Positions 20,317 through 30,758 of a DNA stretch of 32,000 bases are shown piece after piece (position 1 is the stretch's first letter; each line of letters opens with the position of its first letter). A program made the translations under genes and the position numbers. Source of the stretch: Blochmannia endosymbiont of Camponotus nipponensis (lineage in GTDB: Bacteria > Pseudomonadota > Gammaproteobacteria > Enterobacterales > Enterobacteriaceae); NCBI RefSeq assembly GCF_009827135.1, contig NZ_CP046534.1, forward strand, positions 120,001-152,000, in the 5' to 3' direction. The notes under the pieces are model-generated. The model did no database searches, was not told the origin of the DNA, and was given only the letters and a program-made list of their open reading frames with translations.

Positions 20317-22176
20317 TTAAATGGATATCTTATTAACATGTCTTTTCCCATAAACCAAATTAACGACAGCACGAGTGCCGACAATAGATGTAAACATTGA
20401 TGTCCCCACTCCAATAATAGTAGTAATAGCAAAACCTCTAATTGGCCCTGTACCAATTAAGTATAATATAATAGAAGTAATAATAGTTGTAATATTTGCA
20501 TCTAAAATACTGGTAAGTGCTTTACGATATCCTGTATATATTGCATATTGCACTGGTTTACCTTGTTTTATCTCTTCTTTAATTCTTTCATTAATTAATA
20601 CGTTTGCATCGACAGCCACAGATAAAGTTAATATTATTCCCGCAATACTTGGCATAGTCAACACTACTCCTGGAATAACAGACATTGTACTTATCATAAG
20701 TATTAAATTGGAAATAAGAGCAATACTAGCTATCAATCCAAAATAACGATACCATAACACCATAAAACATATTGAAGTCAATATCCCTAAAGCACATGCA
20801 GTAAATCCTTGTACAATATTTTGTTTACCCAGAGTAGGACCAACAATCCGTTCTTCTTCAATATGAATAGGTGCTACTAAAGTTCCCATACGTAATAACA
20901 ATGAAAGACGTCGCGCTTCATTTAAATTGCTAATACCAACAATACGAAAATTATTACCTAACTGAGATTGAATAGTAGCAATATTAATAATATTTTCTTC
21001 TTTAATTAAAATAGTACGACCTTTAACATCTTTTTCTCCGCTATCTTTATATTCTACGAATAAAGTAGCTATTGCTTTTCCAATATTATCTTTAGTAAAA
21101 TTAGACATCATGATGCTACCCATTCTATCTAACGTAACATTTACTTGAGGTCGATTATATTCGTCTACGCTAACATTAGAATTAATAATATTATCTCCAG
21201 ATAAAACTATCCGTTTATATAATGGTACTAGATCACCATTTTTACTTAATTTAATTTCGGAATCTTCTGGAATTAAGTTATTATTTATTTCAAATTCACT
21301 TATTGCTGCATTAACCAAACGAAACTCTAGATTTGCAGTTGTACCGAGTATTTCTTTAACTTTTTCAATATCTTGAATACCAGGTAATTCCACAATAATA
21401 CGATCAGTTCCATGACGCTGTACTAATGGTTCAACAATACCTAACTGATGTATACGACTACGTAAAATAGCAGAGTTTTGATGTATTGCATATTCACAAA
21501 TTGCGTGTTTTTTTATTTCAGAAAAAAACAAATGTAATGTATCTATTCCTATTCCCTGCAATTCTAGATCATGATCTATTGGAGATAACAACAGAATCGC
21601 ATTATTTCTATACTTATCATTTTGGAAATTAATTTCAATGCCATGATTTTTAATTTTGTGTATTTTTAAATAAGGAATATTTTTTTCAAACAAAATAGTT
21701 TTTAAAGTATCAATGTATTTTTCTTGAAATTTATCTAATACAATTTCCGTGTTTACGTGTATTACAAAATATATTCCACCACATAAATCTAACCCTAATT
21801 TTATAGGTTTAGCTTTTATTACAGATAACCAATGCGGTACATCCGGAGTAGTTCCAAGGGATATCTGATATTTTTTTGAAAAAATAATTGATAATTTTTC
21901 ATAAGCCTGAAGTTGATCCTGTCCACAAAAAAATTGTATTAGAATTTTATCTGCTTGTAATGACATACATTTGTTAATTATTTTTTCATTAGCTAGTATT
22001 TTTTCAACTTGATACAATAAAACATCACCAATTTCTTGATGCATCGCTTCTGGAGTGCATTGAGTAATATATATTGTAGGTTTATATCCATATAAACTTG
22101 GTAACATATAAATTATACTAGTAATGAATACTAATATAATTGCAAAATATTTCCATAAAGGATAATTATTTAACAA
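20317..22176 (-). CDS. secD: Protein translocase subunit SecD
   Basis: 619 aa. The N-terminus MLNNYPLWKY matches E. coli MLNRYPLWKY, but the orthologous initiator codon is TTG (22176). The protein is collinear throughout. Confidence 0.95.
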   Translation of the reverse strand: MLNNYPLWKYFAIILVFITSIIYMLPSLYGYKPTIYITQCTPEAMHQEIGDVLLYQVEKILANEKIINKCMSLQADKILIQFFCGQDQLQAYEKLSIIFSKKYQISLGTTPDVPHWLSVIKAKPIKLGLDLCGGIYFVIHVNTEIVLDKFQEKYIDTLKTILFEKNIPYLKIHKIKNHGIEINFQNDKYRNNAILLLSPIDHDLELQGIGIDTLHLFFSEIKKHAICEYAIHQNSAILRSRIHQLGIVEPLVQRHGTDRIIVELPGIQDIEKVKEILGTTANLEFRLVNAAISEFEINNNLIPEDSEIKLSKNGDLVPLYKRIVLSGDNIINSNVSVDEYNRPQVNVTLDRMGSIMMSNFTKDNIGKAIATLFVEYKDSGEKDVKGRTILIKEENIINIATIQSQLGNNFRIVGISNLNEARRLSLLLRMGTLVAPIHIEEERIVGPTLGKQNIVQGFTACALGILTSICFMVLWYRYFGLIASIALISNLILMISTMSVIPGVVLTMPSIAGIILTLSVAVDANVLINERIKEEIKQGKPVQYAIYTGYRKALTSILDANITTIITSIILYLIGTGPIRGFAITTIIGVGTSMFTSIVGTRAVVNLVYGKRHVNKISI

Positions 22177-22209
22177 AGATTTTATCTCAAACTACGTTAA
22201 AATTATAAA

Positions 22210-22557
22210 TTATAATGCTTTCATAGTACCCTTAGGTAAAATAGCAGTAACACAATCACGCTTTACCAATATTTCGTTACCATTAGCATTGTTTTTTTCA
22301 TTAAGAATAATGAAGATATACCCTGTTTCTGTGACTTTAACCACACGACCAACTAATCCTCCATTAGTTAATATCTCATCTCCTTTGGAGATAGAGTTTA
22401 ATAATTCTTTATGAATTTTATTACGTTTTTGTTGCGGTCTAAAAATCATAAAATAAAAAATTCCAGCAAATACCGCCAACATAATTACTAAAGAATACGG
22501 ATTGCCTTGCGAATTAGAATTAACACTTGCCCAAGCAGCATTAACCAACACGTTCAT
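22210..22557 (-). CDS. yajC: Sec translocon accessory subunit YajC
   Basis: 115 aa. FYFMIFRPQQKR, LTNGGLVGRVVKV and the C-terminal AILPKGTMKAL match E. coli YajC. Confidence 0.9.
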   Translation of the reverse strand: MNVLVNAAWASVNSNSQGNPYSLVIMLAVFAGIFYFMIFRPQQKRNKIHKELLNSISKGDEILTNGGLVGRVVKVTETGYIFIILNEKNNANGNEILVKRDCVTAILPKGTMKAL

Positions 22558-22625
22558 TTATATTTCCTATTTTTATAGAATAGTTTTATTATTAGTTTAA
22601 TGTAAAAACTAAATTTATATCGACA

Positions 22626-23747
<1,122 letters not shown>

Positions 23748-23784
23748 TTAAATAAATGTTTACTGATCAAATATAACCGTAATC

Positions 23785-24840
23785 AAAAAAATAATTATAA
23801 ACTTATAGTTATAACAATCTTTATTCATACATGTTATGAACAATAAAATATAATATCTTCACAACTACAAATTTATATCTATATTATATAGTTCATGATC
23901 CTTAATAAAGGTATGATAATATTTGAATTCTTTGTATTATTATAAAAATTAATTTTAATAAAAAAATCAATGATCATATCCTTCAAATATATAAATAATC
24001 TCTAAAAATAAAAAATATTTATACATCCAAATAAAATTAATCAATAGTTATATTATATTGATATACATTAATGCTGTATTTAATTATTTTATAGTAATTA
24101 TCCACATTAATTTATGTAATATCTATTTTTTAAATTTTAATACAATTTATATTATATTATTACAAATACTTATACACGTTTAGTGCGTATAACATAGTTT
24201 TTGTTTAATAATTAGTATTGATTAAGAACCATCTACTCAATATATAGCATTAAGAAACTATCGCTACGTATACATCACATATACCTAGAAAATGTTATAT
24301 CATTAAAAATATCATTCAATTGTAAGAATATTTATTGATATTTAGACATGAACTATCACGCTATTTTCCGTATTATTTGTAACCTATTTTTTATTTCAGC
24401 ATTGAAATATAACAGAACGACCATTTAACTAATTTTATTCAATATTATTGATATATTATTGATTACCACCGCCAAAATAAATTTTTATACAATCCTTATA
24501 AGTACCATTTATATGTATTCACTATATTAGATAGAACATTAATTTTGTTGACTCAAATATTATATATATATGGAAATGAATTATCATTGTACAGCATATA
24601 TAACTATATAAAACTCAATGTGCAAACATATATCCGTATAATCCAAGCAACATTACTTTAATATTATTAAATATCATAAATATCCTGACCTTCAATTTTT
24701 TATAAAATCCCACAAATAACTTGATTATCATACAATTCAACTATCTTAAAATTACAAAACTTGCAATTGGAACAAACTTCTTCAATTTATATATCGAATG
24801 ATACAGAATATTTAAGAAATCTAAATAAAAAAATCTACAA
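23785..24840 (-). pseudogene. queA: Decayed queA gene (S-adenosylmethionine:tRNA ribosyltransferase-isomerase fossil); ends approximate
   Basis: Four collinear eye-alignments to E. coli QueA. FMIFNNIKVMLLGLYG~LLVFNNTRVIPARLFG (24633-24680). IILNKIS*MVVLLYF~DILNSIGHMPLPPYI (24404-24448). FIYLKD--MIIDFFIKINF~FIYPGFQYKVVDALVTNF (23945-23997). RYYILL..FIT~KYRFFSYGDAMFIT (23822-23850). The F58-to-F342 distance is 841 nt here versus 852 nt in E. coli. It lies directly upstream of tgt on the same strand, as in E. coli. There are many in-frame stops and at least one frameshift. Confidence 0.7.
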
Positions 24841-25307
24841 AATTTTATAAAAAATCATAATTTTTGACTATTAATTTAAAACTATTATAACAGTCTCCAT
24901 ATAAAGCAACTATTATGATTCTGTCATGTTTCATTATAAAAAAATGTGAAATTCTTTTTGATAAATAGTATCACTTTATATACAAATATTTAATATAAAT
25001 TAAACATAATAATAATTAACTATCACTACTATTTTGATAAGTAAAAAAATGAATTTTTCTGATTTTTACTATATCAACATAATATTATATATAAAATAAA
25101 TAATAAGTAGACAAACTTCTTAACATACCAAAATAATTAAATTTTTATTAATTATGCTATTTACCAGATACAAATATTTATTTAAAAATTTTCCACAGTA
25201 TTGTTTGCACAAAAATAATTTAAGCAGTAAAATAAAATATTGATCATGAAAATAAACTATATATATATTGAATTTATTAATATATTAGATATATTACAAC
25301 AAGGATT

Positions 25308-25313
25308 AAGGAG
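25308..25313 (+). promoter_or_regulatory. Shine-Dalgarno of ahpC
   Basis: AAGGAG lies 5 nt upstream of the ATG at 25319. Confidence 0.6.
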
Positions 25314-25318
25314 CCAAT

Positions 25319-25921
25319 ATGGTATTAGTCAGTCGTGCTGCTCCAGATTTTACTTCTTCTGCAGTATTAGGAAACGGTGAAATTATAAATAATTTTAATT
25401 TATTAGATTATATTAACAAAAAAACAACAATAGTATTTTTTTGGCCTATGGATTTTACTTTTGTTTGTCCATCAGAATTAATTGCTTGTGATAAACGTTA
25501 TGTTGAATTTCAAAAAAGAAACGTGGAGGTTATTGGAGTTTCTATAGATTCAGTTTTCGTACATAGTGCTTGGAGACAAATTCCTGTGAATAAAGGTGGA
25601 ATTGGGTTATTAAAATATATTATGGTTTCTGATATAAAACACGAAATTATTAAAAAATATGGCATTGAACACCCAGATACAGGAGTAGCCTTACGTGCTT
25701 CCTTTTTAATAGATAAACTAGGAGTTATACGACATCAGGTAATTAATGATTTACCTTTTGGAAGGAATTTTGATGAAATGATTCGTATGGTAGATGCACT
25801 GCAATTTCATGAGGTTCATGGACTTTTATGTCCTGCTCAATGGAATAAAAATAAAGAGGGACTAGAAGCATCTCAGAAAGGAGTGATCAATTATCTCTCT
25901 AATAATTTGTCTCAATTATAA
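25319..25921 (+). CDS. ahpC: Typical 2-Cys peroxiredoxin (AhpC/Tsa family, 200-aa class)
   Basis: Peroxidatic Cys context FTFVCPSE and resolving Cys context HGLLCPAQW. Full-length peroxiredoxin fold. Strong RBS. Confidence 0.92.
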   Translation: MVLVSRAAPDFTSSAVLGNGEIINNFNLLDYINKKTTIVFFWPMDFTFVCPSELIACDKRYVEFQKRNVEVIGVSIDSVFVHSAWRQIPVNKGGIGLLKYIMVSDIKHEIIKKYGIEHPDTGVALRASFLIDKLGVIRHQVINDLPFGRNFDEMIRMVDALQFHEVHGLLCPAQWNKNKEGLEASQKGVINYLSNNLSQL

Positions 25922-26038
25922 AATAAAATGAAAAACATCATAATAAAATAAAATTGACTCTTTTATAAAAACGCATACATAATCTGTAATCACATATAAT
26001 CCATTATTTAAAAAAATATCACACGATAATATATATAT

Positions 26039-26112
26039 GCCGATATAGCTTAGATGGACAGAGCAGCGCATTCGTAATGCGAAGAATATAGGTTCGAATC
26101 CTATTATCGGCA
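26039..26112 (+). tRNA. thrW: tRNA-Thr (anticodon CGT); the CCA end is not encoded
   Basis: GCCGATATAGCTTAGATGGACAGAGCAGCGCATTCGTAATGCGAAGAATATAGGTTCGAATCCTATTATCGGCA is nearly identical to E. coli tRNA-Thr(CGU) in the acceptor, anticodon and T arms. The anticodon loop is TTCGTAA. The discriminator A is followed by TAT, not CCA. Confidence 0.93.
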
Positions 26113-26197
26113 TATAGGACTATAATAGTTTATTTTTATTATACAATACACAAACATTCATATATAATACATACTAAAAAATTAGTTTTCCCTTCTC

Positions 26198-26785
26198 TTA
26201 AGAAAGGGACCCCATTTCCTTTTCTATGATAAGAATAATTAAATGAATTATTTTAATATGAACTTCTTGAATATGATCAAGATAACTTAAGTATGGCACA
26301 CAAATTTCTATATCTATGTGATCAGATAATTTATTTTCTTTTTTATCTCCAGTCAAAAAAATTATTTTCATTTCTCGTTTATACGCTGCTTCTATAGCGC
26401 ATAGAATATTAGCTGACTTACCGGAAGTAGAGATCGCAAATAATACATCTTTTTTGTTACCAACAGACTCAATATAGCGAGAAAAAACATATTCGTAACC
26501 AAAATCATTACTAACACACGATAAGTATGACGGATCAGAAATAGCTATCGCTGCATACCCTACACGATTATTTCTGTAACGTCCGGTTAATTCTTCTGCA
26601 AAATGCATAGCATTGCAGTGCGAACCACCATTTCCACAGGATAAGACCTTTCCTCCCATTTTAAAAGTATTAGCAATAAGTTTCGCGGACAATGCTACCA
26701 AATTAATATTGTTTTTTCCAGAAAAAAACATCTGCATCGTTTTTATAGTTTTATTAAATTCATTATAAATTAAATCATGATACAT
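26198..26785 (-). CDS. gmhA: Phosphoheptose isomerase (sedoheptulose-7-phosphate isomerase)
   Basis: 195 aa. [10 protein letters not shown].., [28 protein letters not shown] and [10 protein letters not shown] closely match E. coli GmhA. Confidence 0.95.
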   Translation of the reverse strand: MYHDLIYNEFNKTIKTMQMFFSGKNNINLVALSAKLIANTFKMGGKVLSCGNGGSHCNAMHFAEELTGRYRNNRVGYAAIAISDPSYLSCVSNDFGYEYVFSRYIESVGNKKDVLFAISTSGKSANILCAIEAAYKREMKIIFLTGDKKENKLSDHIDIEICVPYLSYLDHIQEVHIKIIHLIILIIEKEMGSLS

Positions 26786-27028
26786 GACTACTCCTACGAA
26801 CTAACAAACATATACATAAAAAAAGTAATATACATTTTATTATAATAACATCCCTTTTGGTTTCCACAAAAAAACACTAAATATATAAAATTCTTAAATA
26901 ATTGTTTAAATAAATATATCTATTTACATCCTAAATTATCTAATATGTAATATATTACATAATTGAAAATATTTGATGGTCATTGTATTGTATTTATACA
27001 ACAGAAGTAAACTTTATTATTCGTTATA

Positions 27029-27784
27029 TCATTCATTGCTACGCCATATACAACGTTTATTTACCTGTTGCAAACGATCTAAATATTCCTCATGAGCTAA
27101 TTTTTCCTGTTCATTCGCATGAATTATTTTTAATGATGTTGCACGAGTACACTTCATATTACCTAATCGCGTTAGATCATTAATTTTATTATCTGACATA
27201 TTTGTATTCATCATTTCCATAAATTCTATTTTTGTTTGTCCTCCACTCATAGATAAAAATACATTGGCTAATAACCGTGCATCAATCAATGCACTATGCA
27301 AATCTCTTCTTTTATCAGTATTAATAAAATAACGCTCGCATAATGCATCTAAATTGTTACGTTGTCCTGGAAATTTTTTTCGAGCTAATTTTAAACTATC
27401 AATTATGACGCAATAAGATTCCATTTTTTTTAAGTTTACATTGCACATCCGTAATTCTTGATTAAGAAAACCCAAATCAAACGGAGCATTGTGAATAATT
27501 AATTCACTACCATGAATAAATTTTAAAAATTCATTTACTATTTCTGAAAAAGTAGGTTTATTTTTTAAAAATTGATCGCTAATTCCGTGTACCTGGAAAG
27601 CCTCAATATCAACTATCCTATTTGGTCGCATATATACATGAAATATCTCGTCAGTTAAATGACGATTCATTATTTCTACCGCACCGATTTCAATAATTCT
27701 ATGTCCTTCATAATGAATTCCAAATTTGTTCATGCCGGTAGTTTCAGTATCTAAAGCAATTTGTCGTACAATATTAGTGCTCAT
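27029..27784 (-). CDS. dnaQ: DNA polymerase III epsilon subunit (3-prime to 5-prime proofreading exonuclease)
   Basis: 251 aa. Exo motifs [16 protein letters not shown] and [10 protein letters not shown]. Collinear with E. coli DnaQ. Divergent from rnhA, as in E. coli. Confidence 0.95.
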   Translation of the reverse strand: MSTNIVRQIALDTETTGMNKFGIHYEGHRIIEIGAVEIMNRHLTDEIFHVYMRPNRIVDIEAFQVHGISDQFLKNKPTFSEIVNEFLKFIHGSELIIHNAPFDLGFLNQELRMCNVNLKKMESYCVIIDSLKLARKKFPGQRNNLDALCERYFINTDKRRDLHSALIDARLLANVFLSMSGGQTKIEFMEMMNTNMSDNKINDLTRLGNMKCTRATSLKIIHANEQEKLAHEEYLDRLQQVNKRCIWRSNE

Positions 27785-27842
27785 AGCCTCTCATTTGTGT
27801 CACACTAGTTACCTTCCAAAACATTATAATATACTTTATAAT

Positions 27843-28298
27843 ATGTATAAAAGAATAGAAATTTTCACCGATGGATCATGTCTTGGTAACCCAGGCCCAG
27901 GTGGTTGCGCCGCAATATTACGCTATAAACAACATAAAAAAGAATTCAGTATTGGATATCGCTTAACGACCAATAATCGTATGGAATTAATGGCAGCTAT
28001 CATCGCATTAGAATCACTCAAAAACCCATGTCAAATTACTTTAAATACTGATAGTCAATATTTATTAAATGGAATTACTCAATGGATTCATATATGGAAA
28101 AAACATCATTGGAAAACTGCTGAAGAAAAATTAGTAAAAAATATTGATTTATGGCGCCGTCTAGATACAGCAATACAAATTCATAACATTATTCATTGGA
28201 ACTGGCTAAAAAGCCATACTGGACACCCAGATAATGAACGATGCGATCAATTAGCTCGCCTAGCTGCTAAAAATCCTTTAAACAAAGATTTTTATTAA
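27843..28298 (+). CDS. rnhA: Ribonuclease HI
   Basis: Alignment to E. coli RNase HI puts the start at [21 protein letters not shown] (ATG 27843). Catalytic contexts TDGSC, NNRMEL, TDSQY and [11 protein letters not shown] are present. The ORF-track extension to 27726 overlaps dnaQ and is unsupported. Confidence 0.93.
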   Translation: MYKRIEIFTDGSCLGNPGPGGCAAILRYKQHKKEFSIGYRLTTNNRMELMAAIIALESLKNPCQITLNTDSQYLLNGITQWIHIWKKHHWKTAEEKLVKNIDLWRRLDTAIQIHNIIHWNWLKSHTGHPDNERCDQLARLAAKNPLNKDFY

Positions 28299-28315
28299 TT
28301 ATTAATTAATATTAC

Positions 28316-28352
28316 TATCACTGCTATATGAAATATAGCAGTGATATATTTT
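28316..28352 (+). terminator. Rho-independent terminator candidate after rnhA
   Basis: Perfect 14-bp stem TATCACTGCTATAT (28316-28329) / ATATAGCAGTGATA (28333-28346), loop GAA, followed by TATTTT. It lies 18 nt after the rnhA stop. Confidence 0.55.
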
Positions 28353-28553
28353 CATATCAACACAGATAATTTCATATAAAAGTGATTGATTTATCAAAAT
28401 TTCCATTAAAAATTCCACACGTACCATTTTTGGTATATGATATTATGATACTATTAAAAATAATTATTTAAAATTTTCATTTGAACCTACATTTACATTC
28501 AAAAATAATTAATCCAAGTTCTAAAAATAATAATTTTTGACAATAAATTGGCT

Positions 28554-29309
28554 ATGAATATCATTAGAATTCCAGCGCTAACCACTAATTACATTTGGCT
28601 TCTATATAATTACAGAAATGAATGTATAATTATTGACCCTGGAGAAACAATACAAATACTAAATATTTTAAATAAATTTAAGTTTAAATTACGAGCAATT
28701 TTATTAACTCACAACCATTCCGATCATGTCAATGGCGTAGACACACTAATACAATATTTTCCAAAAACCACTGTTTATGGGCCCATGGAAACTAAAAATA
28801 GCGGTGCTAAAATTTTAGTGTCAGAAGGAGATTACTTTACATTATTACAAAAAAAATTCACGGTTCTTAATTTATCCGGACACACATTAGGACACATCGG
28901 TTTTTACAGTGAACCCTGGCTGTTTTGTGGAGATACTGTTTTCTCTGCAGGTTGTGGTAAAATCTATGACGGAACTATTCGGCATATGTATGAATCTTTT
29001 ATAAAAATTAAGAATCTTCCTCATAACACTTTAATTTTCAGTGGACACGAATACACCTTATCTAATTTAAAATTTGCTACCTTTGTCCTACCTCAAGATC
29101 AATTTATTACCAATTATTATAAAAAAATTATTAAATTACGTGAAAACAACCAACCTACCGTTCCAACAACAATAAAATTGGAACTAACAATCAACCCTTT
29201 CTTTCGCTGTAATCACTTAGATATAAAAAAATCACTAAATTTATCTCCGGACATTAAAGAAGAGTGGCAAATTTTTTATGAATTACGCAAAAAAAAAGAT
29301 TCGTTTTAA
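28554..29309 (+). CDS. gloB: Hydroxyacylglutathione hydrolase (glyoxalase II)
   Basis: Collinear with E. coli GloB (IPALTTNYIWLL versus IPAFDDNYIWVL). Metallo-beta-lactamase motif THNHSDH (HxHxDH). GHTLGHI and GHEYTLSNLKFA are conserved. The ORF-track start at 28548 is TTG, so I prefer the ATG at 28554. Confidence 0.92.
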   Translation: MNIIRIPALTTNYIWLLYNYRNECIIIDPGETIQILNILNKFKFKLRAILLTHNHSDHVNGVDTLIQYFPKTTVYGPMETKNSGAKILVSEGDYFTLLQKKFTVLNLSGHTLGHIGFYSEPWLFCGDTVFSAGCGKIYDGTIRHMYESFIKIKNLPHNTLIFSGHEYTLSNLKFATFVLPQDQFITNYYKKIIKLRENNQPTVPTTIKLELTINPFFRCNHLDIKKSLNLSPDIKEEWQIFYELRKKKDSF

Positions 29310-29555
29310 TTTTTAAAATAAACAATTTACCAGACTAAATAGTTCAAACTTCTACAAAACAATGCAAAGTCACCACTTAAAAGTAAGCATGCGGTTCTAT
29401 TTTTGCTCTCAAAAACACATTATTTATAAATATTCAAAAATTTATTCTCTATGTGTACTCAACAATACACTGAATAATAAAAAAATTAAACTTATCCATC
29501 TTATTACTTAAATTATTTTCAAAATATTTATAATTAGATTAATTACAAACTCACA

Positions 29556-29675
29556 ATACTTGGCAGCCCCCTACTCTCGCATGAGGACACCCCACACTAC
29601 CATTGGTACCACGACATTTCACTTCTGAGTTCGAGATGGGATCAGGTGGTACTATCGCGCTAACGCCGCCAAGTA
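29556..29675 (-). rRNA. rrf: 5S ribosomal RNA (120 nt), not adjacent to a 23S gene
   Basis: The reverse complement TACTTGGCGGCGTTAGCGCGATAGTACCACCTGATCCCATCTCGAACTCAGAAGTGAAATGTCGTGGTACCAATGGTAGTGTGGGGTGTCCTCATGCGAGAGTAGGGGGCTGCCAAGTAT aligns position for position with E. coli 5S rRNA. The ends are complementary, so helix I is preserved. Confidence 0.95.
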
Positions 29676-29872
29676 TAATCATCAACAATCAGACAAAAAA
29701 TTTTTTGAACAATCACTTAAAGTTATATACTAAATAAATTTTTTATAAAATAAATATAATTCAAACATCATTATTGCATTATACAATATACACTTTAAAT
29801 GTATATCACAAACTTCTATTATCATGCAACAATCCATGTTGATTTTCCTAAAAATTAACATATGTTTTATAT

Positions 29873-30733
29873 CTAAAACGTAGATCTTAAATGGTTTAGT
29901 ACAGGATCAATAGAAGGAAATAAATTATGCCATAATAGAAATGCATGAGCCGCTTGCCCTACTAACATCCCTAATCCATCTGCACAATAATTTGATCCAT
30001 TTTTTTTACACCAAGATATAAATGATGTATCTTGCTTCTGGTAAAACAAATCATAACATTTGGTTACAGGAGTAATAAGAAATGATGGTATTTTGAGAAT
30101 AGCGCTATACATACTACTAGTTGTTGCATTAATAATCAAACTATATTTACTAGTGTCATAATATAACTCACACAAAGGCATACATGATACATTTTTATAT
30201 CCTATTTCCTGATAATAAGATGTCAAAACTTGAGCTTTAGAGAAGGTTCTATTCACTATGTTTATATGACATTTTTCTATAGTAGTTAATAATACAGGAA
30301 CAATGCCCTTTGAAGCACCTCCAGCACCAATTAACAAAATATTTATTACCGTAGATTTATTTGTATCAGAAATATTATCATTATCTATCCAATTCAATCG
30401 TTTTAAATCACTAATAAATCCTATACCATCGGTATTATCTCCCAGTAAAACACCATTTTTTAATTTTTTTATCGTGTTAACGGAACGGGATTTTTCAGCT
30501 CGTTCAGTTAACTGATTACATAAAAAATATGCATTCTCTTTGAAAGGAGAAGTAATATTTGCTCCTAATCCACCTAATTTGAAAAAATCATATAATAAAT
30601 AATGAAAATTATCTTGTGATACCAATTTCAAATCATACCCTTTTGAGATTCCAATTTCATTTGCAAATAATGCATAAATTTCCGCTGATTTACTATGTTT
30701 AATCGGATTTCCAAAAACAGCAAAAAAACTCAT
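29873..30733 (-). CDS. aroE: Shikimate dehydrogenase
   Basis: 286 aa. FAVFGNPIKHSKS, LGDNTDGIGF, GAGGASKG and DGLGMLVGQAAHAFLLWH match E. coli AroE. Confidence 0.92.
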   Translation of the reverse strand: MSFFAVFGNPIKHSKSAEIYALFANEIGISKGYDLKLVSQDNFHYLLYDFFKLGGLGANITSPFKENAYFLCNQLTERAEKSRSVNTIKKLKNGVLLGDNTDGIGFISDLKRLNWIDNDNISDTNKSTVINILLIGAGGASKGIVPVLLTTIEKCHINIVNRTFSKAQVLTSYYQEIGYKNVSCMPLCELYYDTSKYSLIINATTSSMYSAILKIPSFLITPVTKCYDLFYQKQDTSFISWCKKNGSNYCADGLGMLVGQAAHAFLLWHNLFPSIDPVLNHLRSTF

Positions 30734-30758
30734 CTCTTTATCCCCTTAATAACAGAAA

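Noticed and set aside
24098-24106. Perfect DnaA-box consensus TTATCCACA at 24098-24106, plus relaxed matches at 913-921, 19299-19307 (reverse) and 25189-25197. This raised the possibility of an origin in the AT-rich desert.
   Set aside because: My rough estimate is 2-3 chance matches to TTATNCACA in 32 kb at this base composition. The boxes are scattered rather than clustered, and the surrounding DNA is explained as the queA fossil.
25205-25233. Sigma-70-like hexamers, for example TTGCAC-17 nt-TAAAAT upstream of ahpC, TATAAT at 31752-31757 upstream of def, and TATAAT (minus strand) at 29778-29783 upstream of 5S.
   Set aside because: TATAAT-like and TTG-containing hexamers occur every few dozen bases in this DNA. 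Without TSS data none can be supported as a feature.
26189-26209. Bulged hairpin TCCCTTCT-CTTA-AGAAAGGGA overlapping the gmhA stop codon, as a possible terminator.
   Set aside because: The stem has a bulge, and on the transcribed (minus) strand the T6 run lies 7 nt away from the stem. This is too weak to call.
29676-29872. Search for a 23S rRNA 3-prime remnant or a spacer tRNA between aroE and 5S, and for a tRNA downstream of 5S (29310-29555).
   Set aside because: Apart from the GTCTGAT leader motif, nothing resembles the G+C-rich 23S 3-prime end or a tRNA T-arm (no GGTTCGA-type motif on either strand).
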